From the NCBI GenBank assembly GCA_017647405.1, contig JAGCKR010000060.1, positions 12,381 through 76,380 of the forward strand: a stretch of DNA of 64,000 nt. The letters run 5' to 3'. The notes under the pieces are model-generated. The model was given only the letters and a program-made list of their open reading frames with translations. It searched no databases and was not told where the DNA came from. The DNA is from Alphaproteobacteria bacterium. GTDB taxonomy: Bacteria; Pseudomonadota; Alphaproteobacteria; CAAHEQ01; UBA3637. The position numbers and the translations under genes are program-made. Shown here piece by piece: positions 1 to 9,692 of this stretch. The number at the start of each line of letters is the position of its first letter. Positions within the stretch are counted from its first letter, which is position 1.

Positions 1-708
1 ATGAATTCTTTTGAACAGCTACCTCTTTTATTATCCTACCGAAAAGCTTTTGGTAGGGATGACTTCATTGTGGCTAGATGCAATGAAGAAGCTGTTCGAT
101 GGATTGACCGATATCCGAATTGGCCTTATTTTGCGTTGCTTATTTGTGGTGAAACCGGTAGTGGTAAAACCCATTTAGCCTCTATTTTTTCAGATTATCA
201 TATTGATGCCAGATTATTGGATGAAGATTTTATTTTGCCCGATTATGCGCGCAAAGTTGTTCTTGAAAATGTAGATAAGTTAAGGGATGAAAAAGCGCTC
301 TTTCATTTATACAATATGATTCATGATACCGGTCGTTATTTATTGATGACGGCAACAAAAGAACCTTCTTTTAAATTGCGTGATTTGGTAACTAGAATGA
401 ACACGGTTCCAAGAACGATGATATCCATGCCGGATCAGGATGTTATTTCCATGTTGCTGATTAAACTGTTTTTAGATAAGCATATTCATTTGCAACCAAA
501 TGTTTTAGAATATACATTAAAACGATTACCGATGAGTTTTTCCTTGGCTCAAAAATTGGTTGATAAGGCAGACAGTATGTCGTTGGGACAAGGAAGAGCG
601 GTGACGATTCCTCTTATGAAGGCAGCTTTGGATTCAGTGTTTGATGATATGTTTAAAAAGAATTATGATGAGCAAAAAGCTCAATTACCGCTTTTTGACT
701 TTAAATAA
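1..708 (+). CDS. hda: DnaA regulatory inactivator Hda/HdaA (AAA+)
   Basis: N-terminal QLPL clamp-binding-like motif, GRDDFIV, Walker A GETGSGKT, LFHLYN, DLVTR motifs. Confidence 0.85.
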   Translation: MNSFEQLPLLLSYRKAFGRDDFIVARCNEEAVRWIDRYPNWPYFALLICGETGSGKTHLASIFSDYHIDARLLDEDFILPDYARKVVLENVDKLRDEKALFHLYNMIHDTGRYLLMTATKEPSFKLRDLVTRMNTVPRTMISMPDQDVISMLLIKLFLDKHIHLQPNVLEYTLKRLPMSFSLAQKLVDKADSMSLGQGRAVTIPLMKAALDSVFDDMFKKNYDEQKAQLPLFDFK

Positions 709-742
709 GTTAAATTTTAGGTTTTTTTTACAAAAAAAGGGT

Positions 743-771
743 TGACAGGAGTTTTTTCTCATGTTATGCTC
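743..771 (+). promoter_or_regulatory. sigma70-type promoter for small ORF 809..1012
   Basis: TTGACA-N17-TATGCT with TG extension. Confidence 0.6.
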
Positions 772-808
772 CAACCTGTTAAGAAAAAATTAGACAAAGG
801 AATTTGCG

Positions 809-1012
809 ATGACTGTAAATGAAACACTTCAATCCTCTCAAAGCACAGCTGAGTTTAAAAAATCATTTCAAAATGCAACTGTTTATTCAAATGGTGTTGA
901 AGCAGCTCAAACAGGTTATAATGAAATGCCTCTGGCCAATTCAAGACATGCCCAGATAATGGGTGTTGTTCCGGCTCAAACGCTTGTAAATACAACAAAT
1001 CAAGAAAGATAA
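809..1012 (+). CDS. small hypothetical protein (67 aa)
   Basis: Upstream promoter, AAAGGA RBS, coding-like composition; no recognisable domain. Confidence 0.65.
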   Translation: MTVNETLQSSQSTAEFKKSFQNATVYSNGVEAAQTGYNEMPLANSRHAQIMGVVPAQTLVNTTNQER

Positions 1013-1058
1013 TTTTTTTCTTGCATTTTTTTTTAAGATAGCGTATAAAACCTTTAAA

Positions 1059-1134
<76 letters not shown>

Positions 1135-1137
1135 TAT

Positions 1138-1169
1138 CCCCTAAAAGGAACTCTTTTGGGGGATTTTTT
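1138..1169 (+). terminator. intrinsic terminator after tRNA-Thr
   Basis: CCCCTAAAAG...CTTTTGGGGG hairpin followed by T tract. Confidence 0.75.
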
Positions 1170-1228
1170 AATGAATTAATTGACAAATGTTTAATTTTTA
1201 TGTATCATAGGTTGTTTTTTTTGAAGTT

Positions 1229-3637
1229 GTGCCTATGAAACAAAAAGAATCAGTTTTAAATAGTTTTTTTTCAGAAAACAGTATCCGAAAACCTTTATCT
1301 CAAATAAAGGATAAAAAAAAGTGTTTGGAAGAAGTGAACAATCTTTTGAGCACGGATTTTCAGTTTCAAATTTTTAAAAAAATTATTATGGCATTATTTC
1401 AAAAAGAGGAGGAGCTTCTTTTAGAGATAAAAAAATTGCAGATGTCTTCTTTGGGTTCTTTAAATAATATTTTTTGTTTAATTGAACAGTATAAGATGAT
1501 CCTTAGGTCTTTGATATCCTTTGAGGATGATGTTTTTATTGCTTCTGTTTTAAAAGAAACCAAGTCGTCATACAAAGCTGTTTTTTCTGATTTAGCGCTA
1601 AAAATGCGTGAGCGTATTATGAAAAAAATGGAAGATTCTTTGGTGCAGGATTCTTTGAAGCGTAAACACAGTAAGATAAATCAAAATGGTGCTGATGAAA
1701 ATAAGGATAGTTTTGAGGTTCAGGTAAAGAATCAAAAAAAATTTTTTAACTTTCAGAAAAAAATTGATTTATGTTTTTTAACATCAGTTGACTTTAATAA
1801 AAAATATAAAAGAGTGTCTGATATTGATGAGTGTTTTTATGTTCCGTTTTATTCTGATGAAATGTATCAATCTTTATTGAAATTAATTCAGGAAAAAGTG
1901 AATAAGATTGGTGCGGATACTTTATTAAAAAATTGGGAAACAGATGAAAATGCTATTTGTCGGCAAAACTTTTTCAAAGAGGTATTTTGTTCTGCGTTAA
2001 TAAAGCGATATGAATTTTTATCATCTGAAACATATAACATGATGTTTAAAGAGGAAAAAAGTTTAAAGCAGAAATTATTAAAGGAAAAAGAAACATTCTT
2101 AAAGTCTTTTTCAGCGGAAGAAAAGAATTTGCTTCAAAATAGATGGGATGAATTTTCATCCGCAGTTTTAACCGATGATTTTGTTTTGATAGATACGTTA
2201 TGGGATGCATTGAACAATGATTTTGAATTTATTCGTGTGCATGCGGATAGTTATTTTTCATATTTTGAAGTGTTTGCGCAAAATAAGCTTTTTATCCCTT
2301 GTTTAAAAGAAAAAAATCTTCCGCTTAACATACATGATTTTTTATTTGTTTTTGATAGCGTTTTGGATGTTGAAAAAAAACATTTAAAAAAGTTTCTTAA
2401 GTTTATTTTAAAAAATTTACTTGTTTTGTTGATGCCCTTTGTTTCTTCTACTGTTTTAAAAGATGCGTTAAAACAGATGCAAAAATGCATAAAAGATGAG
2501 GTAGATTTAGTTGAAGAAAATTTATTTTTTCTTTATCAGATTCAATTAAAAAAATTAAATGAGGCAACATCTTTTATCGGGGAAAAAACAGCCGATCAAA
2601 CCGACTTGCACCAAAAGGATATTGAAAAAATAAAAGGGGTAGATGGATCGTTAAAAAGTTTAAATCTTGATGTAAATATGATTGATTTTAAAGGAAGAAC
2701 TCCTCTTTTTGAAGCTGTTTGCGCTGAAAATATTGAGATGGTGAAAAAGCTTCTTTCTTTAAATGCTGATGTGGAAAAATCAGATTATAAAGGTCAAACA
2801 CCACTAATGATGGCTTTTGAAAATGGTAATGATACTTTGATAGAGTTATTGTTGCAAAATAAGGCTTCATTGTTTGTTAAAGATTTTAGATTGAAAACGA
2901 TGATGCATTTTGCTGTTAAAAGTCAAAAAAAAGAAGGTGTGTTGCGGTTGATTGAAAGCAATGTGGATATAAATGCCGCAGATTTAGATGGTCAAACGCC
3001 ATTGCATTTTGCTGTACAGGCCAATAATTTAGAAGCTTTTAAATTATTGCTTGCAAAGGGTGCGAATCCTTATCTTTTGAATAAAAAGAAAGAAAGTGTT
3101 ATCGCTTTGATTCAAGAAAAAGATGAATTTAAAGATATTTTTGTTGCATATGAACAGGATAAGAAAATTTATGAATGCCTTTTATTTCAAGGTATTTTAA
3201 AAAATAATCTTTCTTTTGTTCAAAAGGCAATAGAAAAAAATGCTCATCTAAATGAAATTTATTTGTATGGTCAAACACCAATTGAAATGGCATTAACGGT
3301 TTTAAATCGTGAAATTATAAATGTTTTAATGAAAAATAGGTGTTTTTTATCAACAAGAAGAATAACAAATTTGGGGTATTTTGCTCTAAGACAAGCCCTT
3401 GTCCAACAGGATATAAAATATTTTAAACTTCTTTTGAAAGCTGGAGCAGATCAAAATGGGATTGAGCCCCAAACGGGACACACCTTATTGCATCAGGCTG
3501 TTTTGCTTGGATATTCATCATTTATTAAGGTGTTGCTTGAAAATAATGCTAATGTGCATATAAAAGATTTGAGTGGGCAAACAGTACTTGATCTGGTGGC
3601 AAAAACTGATGATGTTGAAATAAAAAGTTTTTTTTAA
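1229..3637 (+). CDS. ankyrin-repeat protein with long helical N-terminal region
   Basis: Repeated G(R/Q)TPL..A...N....VK.LL..GA motifs in the C-terminal half (about 7-8 repeats). Confidence 0.9.
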   Translation: MPMKQKESVLNSFFSENSIRKPLSQIKDKKKCLEEVNNLLSTDFQFQIFKKIIMALFQKEEELLLEIKKLQMSSLGSLNNIFCLIEQYKMILRSLISFEDDVFIASVLKETKSSYKAVFSDLALKMRERIMKKMEDSLVQDSLKRKHSKINQNGADENKDSFEVQVKNQKKFFNFQKKIDLCFLTSVDFNKKYKRVSDIDECFYVPFYSDEMYQSLLKLIQEKVNKIGADTLLKNWETDENAICRQNFFKEVFCSALIKRYEFLSSETYNMMFKEEKSLKQKLLKEKETFLKSFSAEEKNLLQNRWDEFSSAVLTDDFVLIDTLWDALNNDFEFIRVHADSYFSYFEVFAQNKLFIPCLKEKNLPLNIHDFLFVFDSVLDVEKKHLKKFLKFILKNLLVLLMPFVSSTVLKDALKQMQKCIKDEVDLVEENLFFLYQIQLKKLNEATSFIGEKTADQTDLHQKDIEKIKGVDGSLKSLNLDVNMIDFKGRTPLFEAVCAENIEMVKKLLSLNADVEKSDYKGQTPLMMAFENGNDTLIELLLQNKASLFVKDFRLKTMMHFAVKSQKKEGVLRLIESNVDINAADLDGQTPLHFAVQANNLEAFKLLLAKGANPYLLNKKKESVIALIQEKDEFKDIFVAYEQDKKIYECLLFQGILKNNLSFVQKAIEKNAHLNEIYLYGQTPIEMALTVLNREIINVLMKNRCFLSTRRITNLGYFALRQALVQQDIKYFKLLLKAGADQNGIEPQTGHTLLHQAVLLGYSSFIKVLLENNANVHIKDLSGQTVLDLVAKTDDVEIKSFF

Positions 3638-3713
3638 AAACAATAAAAAAAACTTTTAACTTTTTATTTCCCCTGCTATGATAAAAAAAGATTAATTATT
3701 AAAGGGGTTCAAA

Positions 3714-5144
3714 ATGATTACTGTTACTTTCAAAAAAGAAATCGAAAAAAATATAGTTCATGTTTTTGCAACAGATAAGTCGGAATTGAAAACGTCTGTT
3801 TTAACACCGAGTCAAAAAAAATATGTTCATCAAGCATTAAAACAAGCTGATTTTAAGGCAAAAGAGGGTGAAATAGTTTCTGTTCTCGGGTTAGAATCGC
3901 CGATTTTAATTGTTGGGACTGGACAAAAACCAAGCAGAAGTGATTTTGAGAAAGTAGGGGGAAAATTAGCTAGTGCAATTAAAGATCAAAAGGCGGCATA
4001 TCATCCCTTAAATGGGTGTATGCCTGTTGAAGAAGAGGTGATTGCCGTTGCAACGGGTTTATTCTTATCTTCGTTTAAATTTGATAAATATCTATCAAAG
4101 AAAAAAGATGAAAAGAAATTAAAAGAAATTTCATTTATTGTGTCAGAACCAAAAAAAGTTCAAAAGGTTTTTGATGAAACAAAAAAGATTTTAGAAAGCG
4201 TTTGTTTCGCAAGAGCGTTAAGTTCCGAACCTGCTAATCATTTGACGCCGAAAATTTTTTCTGAACTTATTGAAAAACTTGATGAAACGGGTCTTGAGAT
4301 TGAAATTCTTTCCTTAAAAGAATTGAAAGCTAAAAAATTCGGGATGCTTCTTTCTGTTGCGCAAGGATCGTTAAATGAACCGAAAGTTGCGGTGATGAAG
4401 TGGAAAGGAAATCCTAAGAAAAAAACATTTGATATCGGTTTTGTTGGTAAAGGTGTGACTTTTGACTCGGGTGGTATTTCCTTAAAACCAGGAGCAGGTA
4501 TGGGTGATATGAAACAGGATATGACAGGGGCTGGTGTTGTAGTAGCTTCTATGCGTTCTTTTGCACTTCGAAAGGTAAAAAGTAATGTGATTGGTATAGT
4601 TGGACTTGTTGAAAATATGCCATCTGGTTCTGCCACAAGACCGGGGGATATTGTCACCTCATTGTCTGGTAAAACTGTTGAAATTTTAAATACGGATGCT
4701 GAAGGTCGTCTTGTTTTAGGTGATTGCTTATGGTATATGCAATCTGTATATGGCGTTAAAAAAATTATTGATTTGGCCACGTTAACAGGGGCTGTGATGG
4801 CTGCTCTTGGTGAAGAATATGCCGGTCTTTTTTCTTATGATGATGCGTTGGCGCAAGAGATTTTAGATGCTGGTAAATCCGTTGATGAAGAAGTATGGCG
4901 TTTGCCGATGAATAAAGCGTATAATAAAATGATTGATTCCGATATTGCAGATATGAAAAACATTGGGGGGCGGTTAGCCGGAGGTAGTACGGCGGCTTGT
5001 TTCTTGCATCGATTTATTAAAGAGGGCACTTCATGGGCGCATTTGGATATTGCTGGGGTTGATAAATATGAAACAGCTCGTCCATTGACGCCAAAAGGTG
5101 CTACAGGATGGGGTGTTCGTTTATTAAATGCATTGGTAAAATAA
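3714..5144 (+). CDS. pepA: leucyl aminopeptidase (M17)
   Basis: GKGVTFDSGG, MKQDM, NTDAEGRL, ATLTGA, WAHLDIAG motifs. Confidence 0.97.
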   Translation: MITVTFKKEIEKNIVHVFATDKSELKTSVLTPSQKKYVHQALKQADFKAKEGEIVSVLGLESPILIVGTGQKPSRSDFEKVGGKLASAIKDQKAAYHPLNGCMPVEEEVIAVATGLFLSSFKFDKYLSKKKDEKKLKEISFIVSEPKKVQKVFDETKKILESVCFARALSSEPANHLTPKIFSELIEKLDETGLEIEILSLKELKAKKFGMLLSVAQGSLNEPKVAVMKWKGNPKKKTFDIGFVGKGVTFDSGGISLKPGAGMGDMKQDMTGAGVVVASMRSFALRKVKSNVIGIVGLVENMPSGSATRPGDIVTSLSGKTVEILNTDAEGRLVLGDCLWYMQSVYGVKKIIDLATLTGAVMAALGEEYAGLFSYDDALAQEILDAGKSVDEEVWRLPMNKAYNKMIDSDIADMKNIGGRLAGGSTAACFLHRFIKEGTSWAHLDIAGVDKYETARPLTPKGATGWGVRLLNALVK

Positions 5145-5147
5145 GAG

Positions 5148-6368
5148 ATGCGTGGGCAACTGAAAAGGTTAAATCCGTTTAAATCATTAACAGCTTCGCT
5201 TATGGTAGCTGATTGTTTAAACACGATTACAAATATTTTTATCACAACTTTTTTAGTTGCCTATTTCTTTAAAACGGCAGATCAAAATGTCTGGGCGATT
5301 TCTTTTTATTTTATGATGTTTTATGGGGCTGTTTTATCATTGGCCTATTTAACCGGAAACATCATTAAGAAAGGATATCGCCTGTTTTTATATCGTATTG
5401 GTATTGTCACCAATTTTTTTGCTCTTGGCCTTATTATGGTTTTAAAAGAGGATGTTATTAATTATTTGCCTGTTTCAGCGCTTTTATTAGGGTCAGCAAC
5501 GGCTTTAAAAGCTTTTACATGGAATTTGATGGTTTCTGAAAATATATCCAGAGCTAAGATGATTTCATTTAGAGGAGTGTTAAACACGATTAAAGGAGCT
5601 GTTAAGATTTTATCTCCAGTTGTTTTGGGATATTTTTTAACGGTAGATTCTATTTCTAAAACCATTCTTTTTTTGCTGTTTTTAATGATTTTTGAATTAT
5701 TACTAACCGTTCGGTTTCGTATGCCAAAGCCAAAGCGTAAAGTTAAATTTTCGTTGTGGCGTTATTATAAAAGAACAAAAAAAGACAGAATTGTGAATAA
5801 CCTTTACCGAATGGAATTTTTTAATGGACTCTCACTGATTGGTTCATTGAATGCAATTGTGACGTTATATATCGTTTATCTTTTTAAAACGGATTTTAAA
5901 CTTGGTATTATTACGGCTGTTTTTAATTTTATTGCTTTGCTCACAAATCTTTTATTTGCAAAATACGGATCTTACACAAAGTTTACCTCTTTAATTAGTT
6001 GGAGCTTTTTGATGGCTTTTGTTGGAACGGTTTTGTTTGTGATAGCTCCGGAAAAAGGCACGTTTATTTTTTATAATTTTTGTTGTGCCAGTGCTGTGAA
6101 ACTTTTTGATTTAACGGCAGAAGTTAATATGTTCAATACGGCAAATATTCAAACAATTCGTCGCCGTTTTAAAACAGAATATTTTGCTTTAAGAGAAATG
6201 TTTTTAAATGTTGGAAGGATAACAAGTTTTGCTATTTTATTGATCTGTTCAGCACTTTGGGGATTTGAATCATTAAAATATTTTATTTTGCTTCTTCTTT
6301 TCTTTTGGTTCGGTATGGGCTTGAATGCTTTTTTACTTAATAAAAAGCTTTTAAAAGAAGAGTGGTAG
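5148..6368 (+). CDS. MFS transporter
   Basis: About 12 hydrophobic segments in 2x6 arrangement, 406 aa. Confidence 0.75.
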   Translation: MRGQLKRLNPFKSLTASLMVADCLNTITNIFITTFLVAYFFKTADQNVWAISFYFMMFYGAVLSLAYLTGNIIKKGYRLFLYRIGIVTNFFALGLIMVLKEDVINYLPVSALLLGSATALKAFTWNLMVSENISRAKMISFRGVLNTIKGAVKILSPVVLGYFLTVDSISKTILFLLFLMIFELLLTVRFRMPKPKRKVKFSLWRYYKRTKKDRIVNNLYRMEFFNGLSLIGSLNAIVTLYIVYLFKTDFKLGIITAVFNFIALLTNLLFAKYGSYTKFTSLISWSFLMAFVGTVLFVIAPEKGTFIFYNFCCASAVKLFDLTAEVNMFNTANIQTIRRRFKTEYFALREMFLNVGRITSFAILLICSALWGFESLKYFILLLLFFWFGMGLNAFLLNKKLLKEEW

Positions 6369-6427
6369 GGGTGTTGTTTGACAAGAATATAAAAATATGT
6401 TAAACAAAAAATAAAAAGAGAAAAATC

Positions 6428-7327
6428 ATGTTTGCTTTATTAATTGCTTTTCTTGCACCGATGTTGCATGCGGTTTCAAATATATTAGATGCGCGTGTTT
6501 CAAATTTTATGTTCAAAAGTAATTCTTCAACTATTTTTTATTTGGGGATAACGAATTTATTTGTTCTTCCTTTTTTAGTTTTATTGGGCGGAATGGATAT
6601 TTTATATGTGCCGATAACCATGTGGCCGATTTTATTTGTGGTAGCTCTGTTTGAAATTTTATATCAGATACCGTATTTTAAATCATTAAAACGGGTGGAT
6701 ACATCTATTGTGGGTGCTTTGTTTTCCTTGGGTAAAATTTTGCTTCCTGTTTTTGCTTTTGTTATTGTGGGTGAAAAGCTTTGTTTTTGGCAATATATAG
6801 GTTTTTTTGTTATTATTATTTCTACGCTTTTTTTGAATTTGAAAAAAGGGGTTTGTTTTCAAATTAATTTTGCGTTTTATCTGATGTTGATGGCTTCACT
6901 GATGATTACATTGAATACCATTTTTTCAAAGAAAGCTTTGCTTGAAATGAATTGGATGAGTTTCAGTTTTTATTATATTATTTTATCAGATGTCTTTTTG
7001 TTTTTGGCTCTTATTCATCCAAAATTTTTAAAAAATATTAAAAAAGATTTTAAAGTTTTTAAAAAGAATTTTCCACTTTTAATGTTGATGGAAATAGTGG
7101 ATAGAGCGGCTGTTTTAACCGGTATTTTTGCGCTTTCTTTATTGCCTGTAATGGTGAGGGCAGGGATCAGCTCTACAACGCCTATTTTTGTTCTTCTTTA
7201 TAGCGTTATCTTATATAAAATTTTTGGGAGTCGATTTAAAGAAAATTTAGGTAGAGGTGAAGTGGTTAAGAAACTGCTTTGCTTTTTGTTTATCATTATT
7301 GGTGTTGTTTTAACCGTTATTGAATAA
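6428..7327 (+). CDS. EamA/DMT family transporter
   Basis: About 10 TM segments, two halves with GEKL / KENL motifs. Confidence 0.8.
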   Translation: MFALLIAFLAPMLHAVSNILDARVSNFMFKSNSSTIFYLGITNLFVLPFLVLLGGMDILYVPITMWPILFVVALFEILYQIPYFKSLKRVDTSIVGALFSLGKILLPVFAFVIVGEKLCFWQYIGFFVIIISTLFLNLKKGVCFQINFAFYLMLMASLMITLNTIFSKKALLEMNWMSFSFYYIILSDVFLFLALIHPKFLKNIKKDFKVFKKNFPLLMLMEIVDRAAVLTGIFALSLLPVMVRAGISSTTPIFVLLYSVILYKIFGSRFKENLGRGEVVKKLLCFLFIIIGVVLTVIE

Positions 7328-7431
7328 AAAAATACTAATAAAAATAATAAGAAATAAAAAAAATATCATTTTTGAAAAAAAGTTCTTGCTTTTTAAAAAT
7401 AAAATATGTATAAATAACGTTATCTTAAGAT

Positions 7432-7508
7432 GGATGTGTAGCTCAGGTGGTTAGAGTATTACGTTGACATCGTAAGGGTCGCAAGTTCGAGTCTTGCCAC
7501 ATCCACCA
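7432..7508 (+). tRNA. tRNA-Val(GAC)
   Basis: GGATGTG...CACATCC-ACCA; anticodon arm TTACG-TTGACAT-CGTAA. Confidence 0.97.
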
Positions 7509-7514
7509 TCTTTT

Positions 7515-7540
7515 AAGCTCCCGATTTGGGAGTTTTTTTT
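7515..7540 (+). terminator. intrinsic terminator after tRNA-Val
   Basis: AAGCTCCC-GATTT-GGGAGTT followed by T tract. Confidence 0.75.
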
Positions 7541-7591
7541 ATGCATATTTTTTTGTTGCAAATCATAAAAAAAGAGATTATATGTTTTTAT

Positions 7592-7645
7592 ATGAAACAA
7601 AAAAATACTTTTTACTTTAATAAGTTCTTTTTCTTTTTCGCCTAA
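7592..7645 (+). CDS. putative Phe-rich leader peptide MKQKNTFYFNKFFFFFA
   Basis: 17-codon uORF with 7 Phe and 1 Tyr directly upstream of DAHP synthase; stop codon lies in the loop of TCGCC-TAAG-GGCGA. Confidence 0.7.
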   Translation: MKQKNTFYFNKFFFFFA

Positions 7646-7721
7646 GGGCGATGTGATTTTTTATATTTAATTTTTCTTTTTTATTTTTTAATCATTCAAT
7701 TTTTTAGCAAAGGGATTTGTT

Positions 7722-8753
7722 ATGTCTTTTTCTGTGATTCAAAGTTTACCAACACCGCAAGAGGTGATTAATCAATATGCTTTATCTGATAACTTAAAGA
7801 GCATTAAAGCAAGAAGGGATGCCGAGATTAAAAACATTTTTGAAGATAAAGAGGATAAAATGGTTTTAGTTATCGGACCTTGTTCAGCTGATTGTGAAAA
7901 ATCTGTTTTGGAATATGTTTTAAAGTTGGCTGATTTACAAGAGAAGGTGAAGGAAAAACTTCTTCTTATTCCGCGTATTTATACCAATAAACCAAGAACA
8001 AATGGGTTGGGCTATAAAGGGATAATGCATCAGCCGAATCCGAAGGAAAAGCCAAATATTGCGAATGGATTATTGGCGTTGCGTCGGTTACATTTAAAGT
8101 GTTTTTCTGAATCTGGGTTAAGCGCGGCGGATGAAATGCTTTATCCGGATGTTTTGGGTTATTTGGATGATTTGTTAAGTTATATTGCTGTTGGAGCCAG
8201 AAGTGTTGAAAATCAACAACATCGTTTGGTGTCAAGTGGTGTAGATGTGCCAGTTGGAATGAAAAATCCAACAAGTGGGGATTTATCGGTGATGTTTAAC
8301 GCCATTTATGCGGCACAAAATCAACATGCTTTTGCCTATAAACAAACAGAAGTGCACACATCTGGTAATCCGTTGACCCATGTTATTTTAAGGGGATATT
8401 CAACAAGTGCCGGTGAAAGCATTTCAAATTATCATTATGAAGATTTAAAACGTGTGGATGCACTTTATAAAAAACATCCAACTCTTCAAAATCCGGCAAT
8501 TGTTGTGGATACAAATCATGCAAATTCCGGTAAAAATTATAAAGAGCAACCTCGAATTGCCTATAATGTGATGGAAAGTAGGGCAGATAATCCGGTTCTT
8601 AAAAAGTTGGTGAAAGGATTAATGATTGAAAGTTATTTACAAGAAGGCCGACAAGAAGTGGGTGAGGGTATTTATGGTAAATCAATTACAGATGCTTGTT
8701 TGGGTTGGAATGATACCGAAAAGTTGGTGTATAATTTGGCGGAAATGGTTTAA
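7722..8753 (+). CDS. aroG: 3-deoxy-7-phosphoheptulonate (DAHP) synthase, class I-alpha (isozyme not determinable)
   Basis: IGPCS, KPRT, GARS, VGMKNPTSG, HVILRG, DTNHANS, SITDACLGW motifs. Confidence 0.93.
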   Translation: MSFSVIQSLPTPQEVINQYALSDNLKSIKARRDAEIKNIFEDKEDKMVLVIGPCSADCEKSVLEYVLKLADLQEKVKEKLLLIPRIYTNKPRTNGLGYKGIMHQPNPKEKPNIANGLLALRRLHLKCFSESGLSAADEMLYPDVLGYLDDLLSYIAVGARSVENQQHRLVSSGVDVPVGMKNPTSGDLSVMFNAIYAAQNQHAFAYKQTEVHTSGNPLTHVILRGYSTSAGESISNYHYEDLKRVDALYKKHPTLQNPAIVVDTNHANSGKNYKEQPRIAYNVMESRADNPVLKKLVKGLMIESYLQEGRQEVGEGIYGKSITDACLGWNDTEKLVYNLAEMV

Positions 8754-8776
8754 AGTTATGTTAAGGTATAAAACAA

Positions 8777-8803
8777 AAAGGCGACCTGATTGTGGTCGCC
8801 TTT
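8777..8803. terminator. bidirectional terminator
   Basis: AAAGGCGACC-N7-GGTCGCCTTT between convergent genes. Confidence 0.75.
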
Positions 8804-8827
8804 GAAGTGATATCTTTGCTAAATAAA

Positions 8828-9610
8828 TTATTTTTTATTGTAAATATATCCATAAACAAGGCCAATGAAAACGGCACCACCAATAATATTGCCAAGTGTT
8901 GCCGGAATAAGGTTATCAAGAATAAATTGACCCCAGCAAATGTTTGCACCGGTATATATTGCAGCCGGAATAAAAAACATATTTGCAATAGAGTGTTCAT
9001 ATCCTAAAGTAACAAAGAGCATTACCGGAACCCAAATGCCCAAAGATTTTCCGATAATATCTTTGCCAGCATAACCCATCCATGTGCCAAGACAAACAAG
9101 TGCATTGGCTCCAATTCCTTTTAAAAATACTGTTTCAAACGGATATTTGAGTTTTCCATAAGCTAAAGAATGTAAATAATCACTATAAGGAGCGCTGGAG
9201 ATAATGCCTGTTTTGTGTGCCATAAAAAAAGCAACTAATTGTGCGCCGATAAAGTTAAAAGAATAAGCTAAAATCCAAACTTTTAAAAGAGCTAAAAGAG
9301 TTGTCTTTTTTTGCATAGTAGAAAGCACCATACCGGCGCAATCGCTGGTGAATAAGTCTGCTCCGGCAACACTTACCATAATCAATCCAACAGGGAAAAG
9401 AGCTCCGGCAGTGAATTTAACAAGACCTGGATTCAAATCCATAGTCACAGGCATTCCGCCAGCTACAACAACGGTAAGTAATCCGCCAAGAGCAATAAAA
9501 ATACCGCCCAAAATGGCGAATAAAAAGAATTTTAAAAGAGGCATTTCGGCTTTTGCTTTTGAGCCGTCTGCAAACAAAGTGGCAATTTCTGCCGGTTGAT
9601 AATAAGACAT
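8828..9610 (-). CDS. formate/nitrite transporter (FNT family)
   Basis: FPVGL, GADLFT, GIGANALVCL, GYEHSIANMF, TLGNIIGG motifs. Confidence 0.95.
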   Translation of the reverse strand: MSYYQPAEIATLFADGSKAKAEMPLLKFFLFAILGGIFIALGGLLTVVVAGGMPVTMDLNPGLVKFTAGALFPVGLIMVSVAGADLFTSDCAGMVLSTMQKKTTLLALLKVWILAYSFNFIGAQLVAFFMAHKTGIISSAPYSDYLHSLAYGKLKYPFETVFLKGIGANALVCLGTWMGYAGKDIIGKSLGIWVPVMLFVTLGYEHSIANMFFIPAAIYTGANICWGQFILDNLIPATLGNIIGGAVFIGLVYGYIYNKK

Positions 9611-9692
9611 AAAAACTCCTATAAAAAATTAAAATATAAATAAATATGCCCCTTTTATTCCTTTTTTTTTAAAAAATCAAGGGGGGAAGAGG

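Noticed and set aside
3620-3650. T8 tract at the end of the ankyrin gene as a phase-variation site
   Set aside because: Homopolymers are ubiquitous here and no meaningful extension is visible in other frames
4238-4780. 180-aa antisense ORF within pepA, and the many other antisense or out-of-frame ORFs in the track
   Set aside because: Shadow ORFs of well-supported genes, with no RBS or motifs
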